Assembly: GCA_964404165.1 (NCBI GenBank)
Contig: CAYOIZ010000007.1
Span: 86,897-150,896 of the forward strand
From: an uncultured Candidatus Binatia bacterium
Lineage (GTDB): Bacteria > Desulfobacterota > Binatia > DP-6
Length of the DNA: 64,000 nt
Reading direction: 5' to 3'
The notes beneath the pieces are model-generated. The model was not told where the DNA came from. It worked only from the letters and a program-made list of their open reading frames with translations, and searched no databases. How positions within the stretch are numbered: the first letter of the stretch is position 1; each line of letters starts with the position of its first letter. Made by a program: the position numbers and the translations under genes. Shown here one piece after another: positions 25,659 to 36,700 of this stretch.

Positions 25659-26864
25659 ATGGCCGACGTCATGAAGGGCGTGCTCGTCGTCGAGGTCGCC
25701 GACTGGGGATTCGTGCCGTCCGCGGCGACCGTGCTCGGCGACTGGGGCGCCGACGTGATCAAGATCGAGCACCCGCGCTACGGCGACCCGATCCGCGGTC
25801 TCATCACCGGTGGCCTCATCCCCGGTGCATCGGGGCGCAACTTCTTCGTCGAGCAGCTCGGCCGCAACAAGCGCAGCGTCGGCATCGATCTCGGCCATCC
25901 CGAGGGACGCGCCCTGCTCGACCGACTGCTCGTGCGCGCCGACGTCTTCGTCACCAGCTTCCTCGACGACGCGCGCGAGCGGCTGCGTCTCACGTGGAAC
26001 GACCTGCGCGCGGTGAATCCCCGTCTCGTCTACGCACGCGGCAGCGGGCAGGGTCGACGGGGGCCCGATGCGCGGCGCGGCGGCTACGACGGCGTGTCGT
26101 TCTGGGCACGCGGCGGGGTCGCCGACCGGCTCTCGACGCCGGGCCAGCCGCCGCTGCAGCAGCGGCCGGCGTTCGGCGACTTCATCGGCGGGATGTCGAT
26201 CGCCGGTGGCGTCGCCGCCGCCCTCTTCCAGCGCGAGCGCAGCGGCGAGGGCATGGAGGTCGACGTCTCGCTCCTCGGGACCGCCATGTGGGTGCTGTCA
26301 CCGGACATCACGGCGGCACTCCTCTACGGCGGCATGCTGCCCTCGGCCGGCGAGATGCCGAGCCCCCCGAACCCATTGGTCGGGACCTACCGCTGCGGCG
26401 ACGGCAGGGGACTGGTCCTGATGATGCTGCAGGCGGAGCGCTTCTGGCCCCTGTTCGCGCCCACGATCGGTCGCGCCGATCTGCTCGAGACGTACCCCAC
26501 CGCCGAGGCGCGATTCGGAAACGCCGACGCGATTCGCGCCGACCTCGCCGCGTTCTTCGCCACCCGCCCGCGTGCGGCCTGGGAGGCCCTGCTCCGGCCC
26601 ACGGAGTGCATCTGGGGCCCCCTGCAGACACCGCTCGACCTGCCCGAGGACGCCCAGGTCCAGGCGAACGGCTACCTCCTGTCGTCACCGACGGCGGACG
26701 GCCCGGTGTCGGTGTGCGCCAATCCGGTGCAGTTCGGGGGCGAACCCCCCGCCGTGCGCTCGCCCGCCCAGGACGCCGGCGCCCAGACCGAGGAGGTCCT
26801 CCTCGAGCTCGGCTGCAGCTGGGAGGAGATCGGTCGCTGGAAGGAGGCCGGCGTCGTCTCGTGA
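25659..26864 (+). CDS. Family III CoA-transferase (CaiB/BaiF)
   Basis: MADVMKGVLVVEVADWGFVPSAATVLGDWGADVIKIEHP... signature. Confidence 0.85.
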   Translation: MADVMKGVLVVEVADWGFVPSAATVLGDWGADVIKIEHPRYGDPIRGLITGGLIPGASGRNFFVEQLGRNKRSVGIDLGHPEGRALLDRLLVRADVFVTSFLDDARERLRLTWNDLRAVNPRLVYARGSGQGRRGPDARRGGYDGVSFWARGGVADRLSTPGQPPLQQRPAFGDFIGGMSIAGGVAAALFQRERSGEGMEVDVSLLGTAMWVLSPDITAALLYGGMLPSAGEMPSPPNPLVGTYRCGDGRGLVLMMLQAERFWPLFAPTIGRADLLETYPTAEARFGNADAIRADLAAFFATRPRAAWEALLRPTECIWGPLQTPLDLPEDAQVQANGYLLSSPTADGPVSVCANPVQFGGEPPAVRSPAQDAGAQTEEVLLELGCSWEEIGRWKEAGVVS

Positions 26865-26906
26865 ACCTCGTTGCGCCGGCGTTCCGGCGCGCGATATGAG
26901 CCGCCC

Positions 26907-27803
26907 ATGGCGGCGCAGAAGCGGGTCTTCATCCTGGGCGGGGGCGCCGCCCTCGGCGCGCATCAGGTGGGCGCGCTGCGCTACCTCGCCGAGCAGGGCA
27001 TCCGCCCCGACGCCATCGTCGCCAGCTCGATCGGCGTCATCAACGCTTGCGCCTACGCCTCGGGCGGCATCACCGCGCTCGAGGCGGCGTGGACGACGTT
27101 CCGCTCGATCCCGCGCATCGTCTCCCCGAGCCTGCGGCACAACCCCGTGATGGGCTTCTCGCTGTTCTCCATGGACGCGCTGTCGGCCGCCGTCGAGGAG
27201 CACATCGATTTCCCCGAGGTGTTCGCGAGCGCGCTCCACATCGAGTTCATCGTCCTGAACCTGTCGCGCGGCTACGGCCAGATGGTGTCGAAGGCCGACT
27301 GCGCCGACTGGCGCGAGCTGCGCACGCTGGTGCGTGCCGGCTACGCCATCCCCATCCTGTTCCCGCCCATCCAGTTCAAAGGCGACTGGTTCGTCGACGG
27401 CGGCTTCGCCTGGAACGTGCCGCTCGAGCGTGCCCTCGAGCTCGGCGCCACCGAGATCTACCTGCTCGCGCCGATCGCGAGCCAGCTCCCGTACCGCGGC
27501 CGCTTCAGCAACATCATCGACTACGCGCAACGGCTCACCGACGTCCTCTGGCGGACGATCGGCAATGCCGGCTGGCTCTATGCCCTCATGGAGAACGGCC
27601 GCTTCCACGGCGTCCCCGTCACCATCATCGAGCCGACGGAGGAATGGAGCGGCTTCGGACCGCTCGCGGTCTTCCAGGCCCATCCACGCAAGAACCGCAT
27701 GCTGATGGCGCACGGCTATCGCGACGCGAAGCGGGTGCTGGCCGGACGCGGCACCCGCGTCACGCCCCTGCCCGCCGACGCCGCCTGGCGCGGCGCTTCC
27801 TAG
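26907..27803 (+). CDS. Patatin-like phospholipase
   Basis: GGGAALGAHQ oxyanion motif, an elbow ASSIG (AxSxG rather than GxSxG), and a DGG Asp motif (WFVDGGFAWNVP). Start re-set to the ATG at 26907. Confidence 0.75.
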   Translation: MAAQKRVFILGGGAALGAHQVGALRYLAEQGIRPDAIVASSIGVINACAYASGGITALEAAWTTFRSIPRIVSPSLRHNPVMGFSLFSMDALSAAVEEHIDFPEVFASALHIEFIVLNLSRGYGQMVSKADCADWRELRTLVRAGYAIPILFPPIQFKGDWFVDGGFAWNVPLERALELGATEIYLLAPIASQLPYRGRFSNIIDYAQRLTDVLWRTIGNAGWLYALMENGRFHGVPVTIIEPTEEWSGFGPLAVFQAHPRKNRMLMAHGYRDAKRVLAGRGTRVTPLPADAAWRGAS

Positions 27804-27811
27804 GAGACTTC

Positions 27812-28429
27812 GTGCGCACGACCAACGAGTTGCAGGCCCATCCCTGGCACGGCATCGCGCCGGGCGACGGCGCCCCCGAGATCGTGAACGTCTTCATCGA
27901 GATCGTTCCGACCGACACCGTGAAGTACGAGGTCGACAAGGTGTCGGGCCATCTGAAGCTCGACCGCCCGCAGAAGTTCTCGAACCTCTGCCCGACCGCC
28001 TACGGCTTCGTCCCGCGGACGTGGTGCCGCGAGCGCGTCGCCAAGATCGCCATGGACGCCACCGGCCGCACCGAGATCGTGGGCGACGGCGACCCGGTCG
28101 ACATCTGCGTCCTCACCGAACGCACGATCAACCACGGCGGCATCATCGTACGGGCCCGACCCATCGGCGGGCTGCGCATGTTCGACAACCGCGAGGCCGA
28201 CGACAAGCTCGTCGCCGTCCTGGTCGACGACCCCGCCTACGGCGCCTTCCGCGACATCCACGACGTCCCGAAGCCGCTGATCGATCGACTGCGGCACTAC
28301 TTCCTCACCTACAAGCAGATCCCGGACGCGAGCGAGCGCGCCTGCGAGATCACGCACGTCTACGACGTCGCCACCGCCCACGAGGTGATCCGCAGCGCGC
28401 TCGCCGACTACGCCGCCGGCTTTCCGTGA
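27812..28429 (+). CDS. ppa: Inorganic pyrophosphatase (family I)
   Basis: GTG at 27812 after a GGAGA RBS. EIVNVFIEIVP...KYEVD...DGDPVDICVL...DDKLVAV motifs. The N-terminal part of ORF 27047.. is out-of-frame junk. Confidence 0.85.
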   Translation: MRTTNELQAHPWHGIAPGDGAPEIVNVFIEIVPTDTVKYEVDKVSGHLKLDRPQKFSNLCPTAYGFVPRTWCRERVAKIAMDATGRTEIVGDGDPVDICVLTERTINHGGIIVRARPIGGLRMFDNREADDKLVAVLVDDPAYGAFRDIHDVPKPLIDRLRHYFLTYKQIPDASERACEITHVYDVATAHEVIRSALADYAAGFP

Positions 28430-28430
28430 G

Positions 28431-29831
28431 TCAGGCGGCCGGCACCCAGTTGCCGTGGAAGCCGTACGGCACGCGGTGCGGGACGTGCACCGTGGCCACC
28501 GGCGGCCGCGCGATGTCGGCGGCGTCGAGGACGTGGAGATCGCTGGCGTTGCGGGCGTGGTCGTAGGCCAGCACCAGCACCCAGCCGTCGTCCTCCGCCG
28601 CGTCCGGCGTCCGCGGAACGAAGAGCGGCTCGCCGACGCCGTTCTCGCTCCCGAAGTGGTGCATCGCCGTGGTGCCACGATCGAGGTCGAAGCGACGGAT
28701 GCTCGTGAACAGCGGCATCCGTGTCGACGGCTGGTCCGGACCGGCGGCCGCGGCATAGCCGAAGCGGTGACGGCGACCGAGGCGGCGCTCGTCGGCGCGC
28801 GGGAACTCGCAGGCGACGTCGTCCAGCGCCTCCGACCGCACCCCGCCGCCCGACGCCAGATCGATGCGCCAGCGATGCAGCCGCGCGGCACCGTCGTCGT
28901 CCCACTTGGTCTCGCGCGCCTCCCGCGGCGCCATGAACTCGAGCCGCGGATAGCGGGCGACGTCGAGCACGATGGTGCTGCCGTCCTCGTACGCGTTGAG
29001 CGGGTGGAAGACGTAGCAGGCGTCGGTGTCGAACCATCGCACGTCCGGGTTGCCGCCGGTGCGCGGCATGACGCCGATGCGGGTGCCGCGCTCCGGCTCC
29101 CAGCTGAAGACGCCGCCGCGCCGCTTCACGTCCTCGAAGCTGAAGACGATGGGGCACAACAGGAAGACGACGTGGTTCGCCGTCACGGCGAAGTCGTGGA
29201 TCATGGACGGCCACGCCAGGTCGATGGCTTCGCTCTTCACGAGCGCACCGCTGCGATCGGCGACGTGGTACTGCAGGTACGGCGGGAACGGCGAGTAGCC
29301 GAAGAAGAGCATCTCACCGGTTTCCGGGTCCATCTTCGGGTGCGCGGTCATGGCGCTGCCGAGGCGCCCGCGGAAGTCGAACTCGCCGATCGTCTCGAGC
29401 GTGTCGGGACGCAGCTGCGTCGGCAGGCACGCCTCCATCAGGGCGAGCAGCTTGCCGGCGTGCCACACGATGTTGGTGTTGCCGGTGTTCTTGATGACGG
29501 GCGCCTCGGTGGGCTTCATCTCGAGGAGCCCGGGGATGGTGGCCCGCCCGGCACGGCGCTCGTCGGCGAGGCCACGACTCTGCACCCACCGGTTGCGGTA
29601 CGACGCCCGCCCGTCCCGCAGCGAGATGGCATGGATCATCCCGTCGCCGTCGAACCAGTGATAGCGGCCGATCGGCTCGTACGCGGGATTCGGCCCCGTG
29701 CGATAGAAGGTGCCCTCGAGCCCGGACGGCAGCTCGCCGGTGATCTCGAGGTCGGGCGCACAGCCCTCCATACGCCACGGCGCGAAGTTGCCCTGCAGGA
29801 ACGGATTCTCGTCGGACTCACGCATCGACAT
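28431..29831 (-). CDS. Carotenoid/apocarotenoid (or stilbene) cleavage dioxygenase, RPE65/CCD family
   Basis: 466 aa with the four-His scaffold context (..HDFAVT.., ..FHPLNAYED.., ..HHFG.., ..HGNWVP). Confidence 0.85.
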   Translation of the reverse strand: MSMRESDENPFLQGNFAPWRMEGCAPDLEITGELPSGLEGTFYRTGPNPAYEPIGRYHWFDGDGMIHAISLRDGRASYRNRWVQSRGLADERRAGRATIPGLLEMKPTEAPVIKNTGNTNIVWHAGKLLALMEACLPTQLRPDTLETIGEFDFRGRLGSAMTAHPKMDPETGEMLFFGYSPFPPYLQYHVADRSGALVKSEAIDLAWPSMIHDFAVTANHVVFLLCPIVFSFEDVKRRGGVFSWEPERGTRIGVMPRTGGNPDVRWFDTDACYVFHPLNAYEDGSTIVLDVARYPRLEFMAPREARETKWDDDGAARLHRWRIDLASGGGVRSEALDDVACEFPRADERRLGRRHRFGYAAAAGPDQPSTRMPLFTSIRRFDLDRGTTAMHHFGSENGVGEPLFVPRTPDAAEDDGWVLVLAYDHARNASDLHVLDAADIARPPVATVHVPHRVPYGFHGNWVPAA

Positions 29832-30456
29832 GACGGGACCTCCTGGTGCGCCGGCGACGCGGTCGCGCGGGCGCGGAACGGGTGAGCTGGGCGATGATGG
29901 CGTCGCGCACGAGGGCCACCGCGGGGGCGCTCGCGTCCCAGAAGCCCGCGATCACGAGCGACGTGGCGCCATGAACGGCCGACCAGAACGCCGCCGCCGC
30001 GTCCTCGACGTCCACCGTGAGCCGTCCGGCGGCGGCGACGGCGCGGATGCCGTGGCGCAGGCGATCGTACGACGTCAGCGCCGACGGCGTCGGGTGCTCA
30101 CGACGGCGCGGAAACAGCAGCCGATAGTGCGCCGGGTGCGCCACGCCATAGGCGAGATAGCGGTCGAACCCCCATCGCATCGCCTCGACGGGATCGGCGG
30201 GCGCCGCCTCCGGCGCGAGCGCCCGGTCGAACTCCGCGAAGCAGTCGTCGACGACGCGGGCGATGAGGGCGTCCTTGTCGCCGAAGTGGTGGTAGACCGT
30301 CGGCGCCGTCACGCCGGCGCGCGTACACACCTCGCGGATCGACACGGCGCTTTCGCCCCCCGCGCTGAGCAGCGCCTCGGTCGCCGCCAGGATCGCGCGC
30401 CGCGTGCCGTCGACGTCGCGCTCCCGGCCCGCCAGCGCGGTGACTCGTGCCGCCAT
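29818..30456 (-). CDS. TetR/AcrR family transcriptional regulator
   Basis: N-terminal HTH (ILAATEALLSAGGESAVSIREVCTRAGVTAPTVYHHF). The 3' end overlaps the CCD gene by 14 nt. Confidence 0.8.
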   Translation of the reverse strand: MAARVTALAGRERDVDGTRRAILAATEALLSAGGESAVSIREVCTRAGVTAPTVYHHFGDKDALIARVVDDCFAEFDRALAPEAAPADPVEAMRWGFDRYLAYGVAHPAHYRLLFPRRREHPTPSALTSYDRLRHGIRAVAAAGRLTVDVEDAAAAFWSAVHGATSLVIAGFWDASAPAVALVRDAIIAQLTRSAPARPRRRRTRRSRHVDA

Positions 30457-30500
30457 CCCGGCTGGCTATAGCGGCGTTATAGCCGCCGAGTCAACGGGGG

Positions 30501-31802
<1,302 letters not shown>

Positions 31803-31903
31803 GCCGTCCTCCTCCCGGTCGTGGAGAATCCGCCGTATGACGCTCCTGGTCAAGCTCGACGCCGCTTCTTGCACGCCAGGGAGGGCCTGTTACGTGTGGC
31901 GCG

Positions 31904-33733
31904 GTGCGCGCGTCCGGCCTCGTCGTCTTCGGTGCGACGCTGCTCGCCCTGGTGGGTGTGGCGAACGCAGTCCAGGTCGACGTCCTCGATCCGACGCGCG
32001 ACTGGACGCTGCGTGCGCTCCGCATCGAAGGCAACCACGCCATCGCCTCGTCGACGATCAGCGACACGCTGACGACGCGTCCGCGGCGCTGGTTCGCCCT
32101 CTGGAAGCCCCTGCCCGCCTTCGATCCCGTCGCCTTCGCGGCCGACCTCGAACGACTGCAGGCCCTCTACCGCAGCGCCGGCTACTACCACGCCACCATC
32201 ACGCACGACATCGAGCTGCCCGCCGACGGCGATGCCGACGTCACCGCCGTCATCTACGTCGACGAGGGCGCGCCGATCCTCGTCACCGGCGTCACGGTCG
32301 ACGTCACGGGCGATCGCATCCCGGCGGCGGACTACGACAAGATCCTGTCCGACTTCCCGCTCGAGCCCGGCGACGTCTTCGAGGAGGCCGAGTACGACCG
32401 CGCCCGCGCCCTGCTCCGCGCGGCCTGGCGCAACAACGGCTACGCCCGCGTGACGGTGACGAAATCGGCACGCGTCGACGTGCGCGACGACAGCGCCATC
32501 GTGCACTACACGGTCGAGAGCGGCGTCCCGACCGTCTTCGCCGACACCCTGATCAAGGGCCTCGTCACCGTCGAGCCCGACGTCGTCGAGCGCGAGATCG
32601 CCTGGGAGCGCGGCGAGCCGTTCCGCGAGGCGCGGCTCGAGGAGACGCGTAAGCGGCTCGAGACACTGCACCTCTTCCGCACCGTGCGTCTCACCGAGGA
32701 CGACTCGAAGCACCGCGACGTGGACGTCGACGTCACTCTGGTGGAGGCGCCGCCGCGCGAGATCCGCTTCGGCATCGGCTACTCCACCGAGGACGGCCCG
32801 CGGGGCCTCGCCTCCTGGCGCGACTACAACTTCCTCGGCGGCGCCCGGCAGCTCGGCTTCACCGCCCGCATCTCACAGCTCCGCCGCTCCATCACCGCCG
32901 ACTTCCTGCAACCCCACTTCCCGACCCAGACCAGCCGCGTGCGACTCCTGTTCGCCCAGGAGCAGTACGACGAAGACACCTACACCCTGAACCAGACCCG
33001 CGGCTCGCCGCGCTTCGAGTGGGACATCGTGCCGCACCTGGCGTTCTACGCGTTCTATCGCGCCGAGTACGATCTGCTGTCCGGCGTGCCCGATCCCGTC
33101 CGGCAGCGCCTGCCGAGTGCGGCGCCCGGTACGACCGTCCTCTCCGGCGGTGGGATCGGGCTCGACTGGAACGCCACCGACGACCTGCTCGACCCGACCC
33201 GCGGCTGGATCCTGAGTGGCAGCGTCGAGCCCGTCGGCGGGTTCCTCGGTGGCGACGTGGACTTCTACCGCATCATCACCGAGGGCCGGTTCTATCAGCC
33301 GCTGCAGCTCGGCCTGATCGGCGCAACGCGGATCCGCATCGGCAGCGCCGAGACGATCGACGCGACGCGCGTCATCCCGCTCTTCGAGCGTTTCTATGCC
33401 GGCGGCATCAACTCGGTGCGTGGCTACGCCCGACGTCGCGTCGGGCCGCTGACGCAGGACGAGCCGCTCGGCGGCAACTCGCTGGTCGAGGCGTCGGTGG
33501 AGCTGCGACGCGCGATCACCAACACCATCGGCGCCGCGGTCTTCCTCGACGGCGGCCAGGTGTCGCTCGACAGCTTCGACTTTCCCTTCGACGATCTGCA
33601 GTACGGCACCGGCTTCGGCGTGCGCTACACCTCGCCAGTCGGCCCCATCCGCGTCGACCTGGGTTTTCCCCTCGACCGCCGAGGCGACGACGCCGCATGG
33701 CAGGTGTATCTGAGCGTGGGACAGACGTTCTGA
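31904..33733 (+). CDS. tamA: TamA-like Omp85-family outer-membrane protein (POTRA domains + surface-antigen barrel)
   Basis: GTG start and a signal peptide. POTRA-like N-terminus, a C-terminal beta-barrel ending ...QVYLSVGQTF, and an adjacent tamB. Confidence 0.8.
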   Translation: MRASGLVVFGATLLALVGVANAVQVDVLDPTRDWTLRALRIEGNHAIASSTISDTLTTRPRRWFALWKPLPAFDPVAFAADLERLQALYRSAGYYHATITHDIELPADGDADVTAVIYVDEGAPILVTGVTVDVTGDRIPAADYDKILSDFPLEPGDVFEEAEYDRARALLRAAWRNNGYARVTVTKSARVDVRDDSAIVHYTVESGVPTVFADTLIKGLVTVEPDVVEREIAWERGEPFREARLEETRKRLETLHLFRTVRLTEDDSKHRDVDVDVTLVEAPPREIRFGIGYSTEDGPRGLASWRDYNFLGGARQLGFTARISQLRRSITADFLQPHFPTQTSRVRLLFAQEQYDEDTYTLNQTRGSPRFEWDIVPHLAFYAFYRAEYDLLSGVPDPVRQRLPSAAPGTTVLSGGGIGLDWNATDDLLDPTRGWILSGSVEPVGGFLGGDVDFYRIITEGRFYQPLQLGLIGATRIRIGSAETIDATRVIPLFERFYAGGINSVRGYARRRVGPLTQDEPLGGNSLVEASVELRRAITNTIGAAVFLDGGQVSLDSFDFPFDDLQYGTGFGVRYTSPVGPIRVDLGFPLDRRGDDAAWQVYLSVGQTF

Positions 33734-36700
33734 TGCGACGGCTCGCGCGTTGGGTGCTCCGCACCGTCCTCGTCCTGGTCGTCCTGGCGGCGCTCCTCGT
33801 CGGCGGCACGTTGCTCTACGTCCGCACGACTGCCGGCGAGGCCATGCTCCGCACCGAGCTGGTGCGGCTCCTCACCGACGTCACCGGCGCCCGCGTCTCC
33901 CTCGGCCCGCTCCGCGGCTCGTTCGTGCGCACCGTCGACGTGACGGACATCGTGCTGCGCTTCGACGGTGGCACCGAGCTGCGCGTCGGCCGGCTGCGCG
34001 CGACGCTGTCGCCGCTGTCGCTCCTGCACGGCCTCGTCCTGGTCGACGACGTCGCCCTCGAGCGCGTCCGCGTCCGTGCCGTCCACACGGCGGACGGCTG
34101 GGGACTGCCGGACCTGCCGGACGAGGACGACACCCACGATGGTCGCCCGCTGCCCCGCATCGTCCTGCGGGCGGTACACGTCATGGACGGCCGGGTCGCC
34201 ATGGCGCTGCACGACGTCGCGCCGCGCCGCCAGGTCGCCGCCACCGCGCTCGCGGTCGACGCCGCGGTGACGATCGGTCCGGACGGCATCGAGGTCCGGC
34301 TCGACGCGCTCACGGCGGTGCCGCGCGGGCTCGACCTGTCGCCACTCACCGCACGCGGCACCCTGCGGCTCCCCACCGACGGCGGCATCACGCTCGCCGA
34401 CGTCGTGGTGGCGACGGCGCGCAGCCGTCTCGCCGCGAGCGGGACGATCGTCCCGCACGAGCGCATCGACCTGACCCTCGCCGACCTGTCCGTCGCCGCG
34501 CGGGAGGCGCGCGCCCTGCTGCCGTTCGACCTGGCGAGCGACGTGCGGGTCACGGGCCGCGCCGGCGGCGCGTGGGACGCATGCGCCGTCACCGCGGACG
34601 TCGGCCTCGATCCGGGTGGACGCATCGGCGTCCAGGGCACGATCGATCTCGCGGCATCGCCGCCGCGCTGGTCGAGCGAGGTGTCGCTCGTCGCCGTCGA
34701 CCCCGCGGCCGTGCTGGCAACGCTGCCGTCGGGTCGGGTGAACGGCATCGTCGAGGGCACGGGGACCGGCGTCGACGCGGCCGCACGCATCCGCCTCGGT
34801 CCGTCGACGCTCGCTGCGCAGGCGATCGAGCGTGCGTTCCTCGAGGCGAGCATCGATGGCGGCGTCGCGCGTGCCGGCGGTCGCGTCGCACACGCCGCCG
34901 GCGTCGCGAGCCTTCGCGCGCGTGCGCGGCTCGACACACCGGTGCGTTACCGCGCGCGCACCCGGGCCGACGTCACCGATCTGGCGGCGCTCGTCCCGAG
35001 CACGCCGGGAACGGCGGCCGTGCGGGCCACGGTGGCCGGCGTCGAGCCGGCGGGGACGGGGCGCACGGTGCGCCTCCAGGCGACGCTCGACCGTGCCACC
35101 GTGCGCGGCGTCGCCCTCGCGGGTGGAACGGTGACCGCCCGGCTGGACGGGCCGCGTCTCCATGTCGATCGGGCACAGCTGCGCGGGCCCGGGACCGAGG
35201 TCACGGCGTGGGCTGCGGCCGATCTCGACACGAAGCAGGCGGATGCGACGCTCGACGTGCAGGCCACGCTCGACGTCGTCGGGCGGCAGGCGTCACTCCC
35301 CATGGGCGGCACCGCGACCGCGCGCGCGACGGCGGCCGGCCGCCTCGACGCACTCGCCGTCGACGGCCGCATCGTCGTCGAGCGCGGTCGGTGGGAGACC
35401 ACCGACGTCCGTCGCCTCGAGGTGGTGGGACGAGCCGACGGGATCGGCGGCACCGAGCCGTCGGCCCGCGGGACGCTGACGGCCGGCGCCATCCATGTTC
35501 CCGGCCGCGACCCGTGGGATGCGGCCGCCGAGCTCGGCTGGCGCCGATCCGCCGCCAGCGACGACGGCACCCTGCGGGCGAGCGGACGCGCGACGAACGG
35601 CGCCGGCGCCCGACTGGCCCTGACGGCGAAGCACACCGCGCCCACGACCCTCGTCCAGCTCACGGAGCTCGTCCTCGCACCGGCCGAGCAGCCGGCGTGG
35701 CAGCTCGCCCGTCCCGCCCGCGTCACCGTCGCCGATGGCATCGCCGTCGACGAGCTGGCGCTCACGGCCGGCGCACAACGCATCACGCTGAGCGGGCACG
35801 CCGGCGCGAGCGGTGCCGCCGACGCCACCCTTCGCGCGTCGGGCATCGGCGTCGCGGCGCTCTGCGGGCTGATGGCCAAAGGCCCCCGTTGCGGCGGGAC
35901 GCTCACCGCCGACGCCCGCCTCACCGGCACGGCCGCAGCGCCCCAGCTGACGGCGACCGCGGCCATCGACCAGCTCCGCATCGACGACGCCGTCTACGGT
36001 CCGCTGACGGCGCGTGCGCAGTACGCCGCCCGGGCGCTCGCCGTCCAGGGCCGGCTGTCCTACGCGCAGGCCGGCGACCTCGACGTCGAGGGGACGGTGC
36101 CGATCGATCTCGCCTGGAGCGGCGAGCGCCATGACCTCTCGAGCGCTCCCGTGTCGCTGGCGCTGCGCACGCAGGGGCTCGACCTCGCCTTCCTGCGCGC
36201 CGTCGCGCCGACCGTCGTCCGTCGCAGCGACGGTCGTCTCACCGCGAATCTGCGCCTGCGCGGGGCCTGGAACGATCTCCGTGCCGAGGGCGGCGCCGAT
36301 CTCACCATGCAGCGCCTCGAGCTCACCGCGACCGGCGTGCCCTATGAGGACGTGCGCCTTCGCCTGCGTGCGGCCGAGTCCAGCATCGTCGTCGAGGAGC
36401 TCTCCGCGCGTGGCGGCGACGGCACGCTCACGGGCTCGGGACGCATCGCGCTCACCGGGCTCCGCCCCGGCGAGGCCGACGTCCGCGTCCGGCTGTCACG
36501 GTTCCTCGCCGTGCGACTCCCCGCGTACGAGGCCGCCACGGATGGCGACCTCACCATCGGCGGACCGCTCACGGCACCCGCGATCCGTGGCCGCATCGAT
36601 CTCACGCGGGCCGTCGTACGACCGTCGGTCCTGCCGAGCTCCAACCCGAGCCGCCAGCCCGACCCGACGATCGAGGTGGTTGGCCTCCCGCCCGCGCCAC

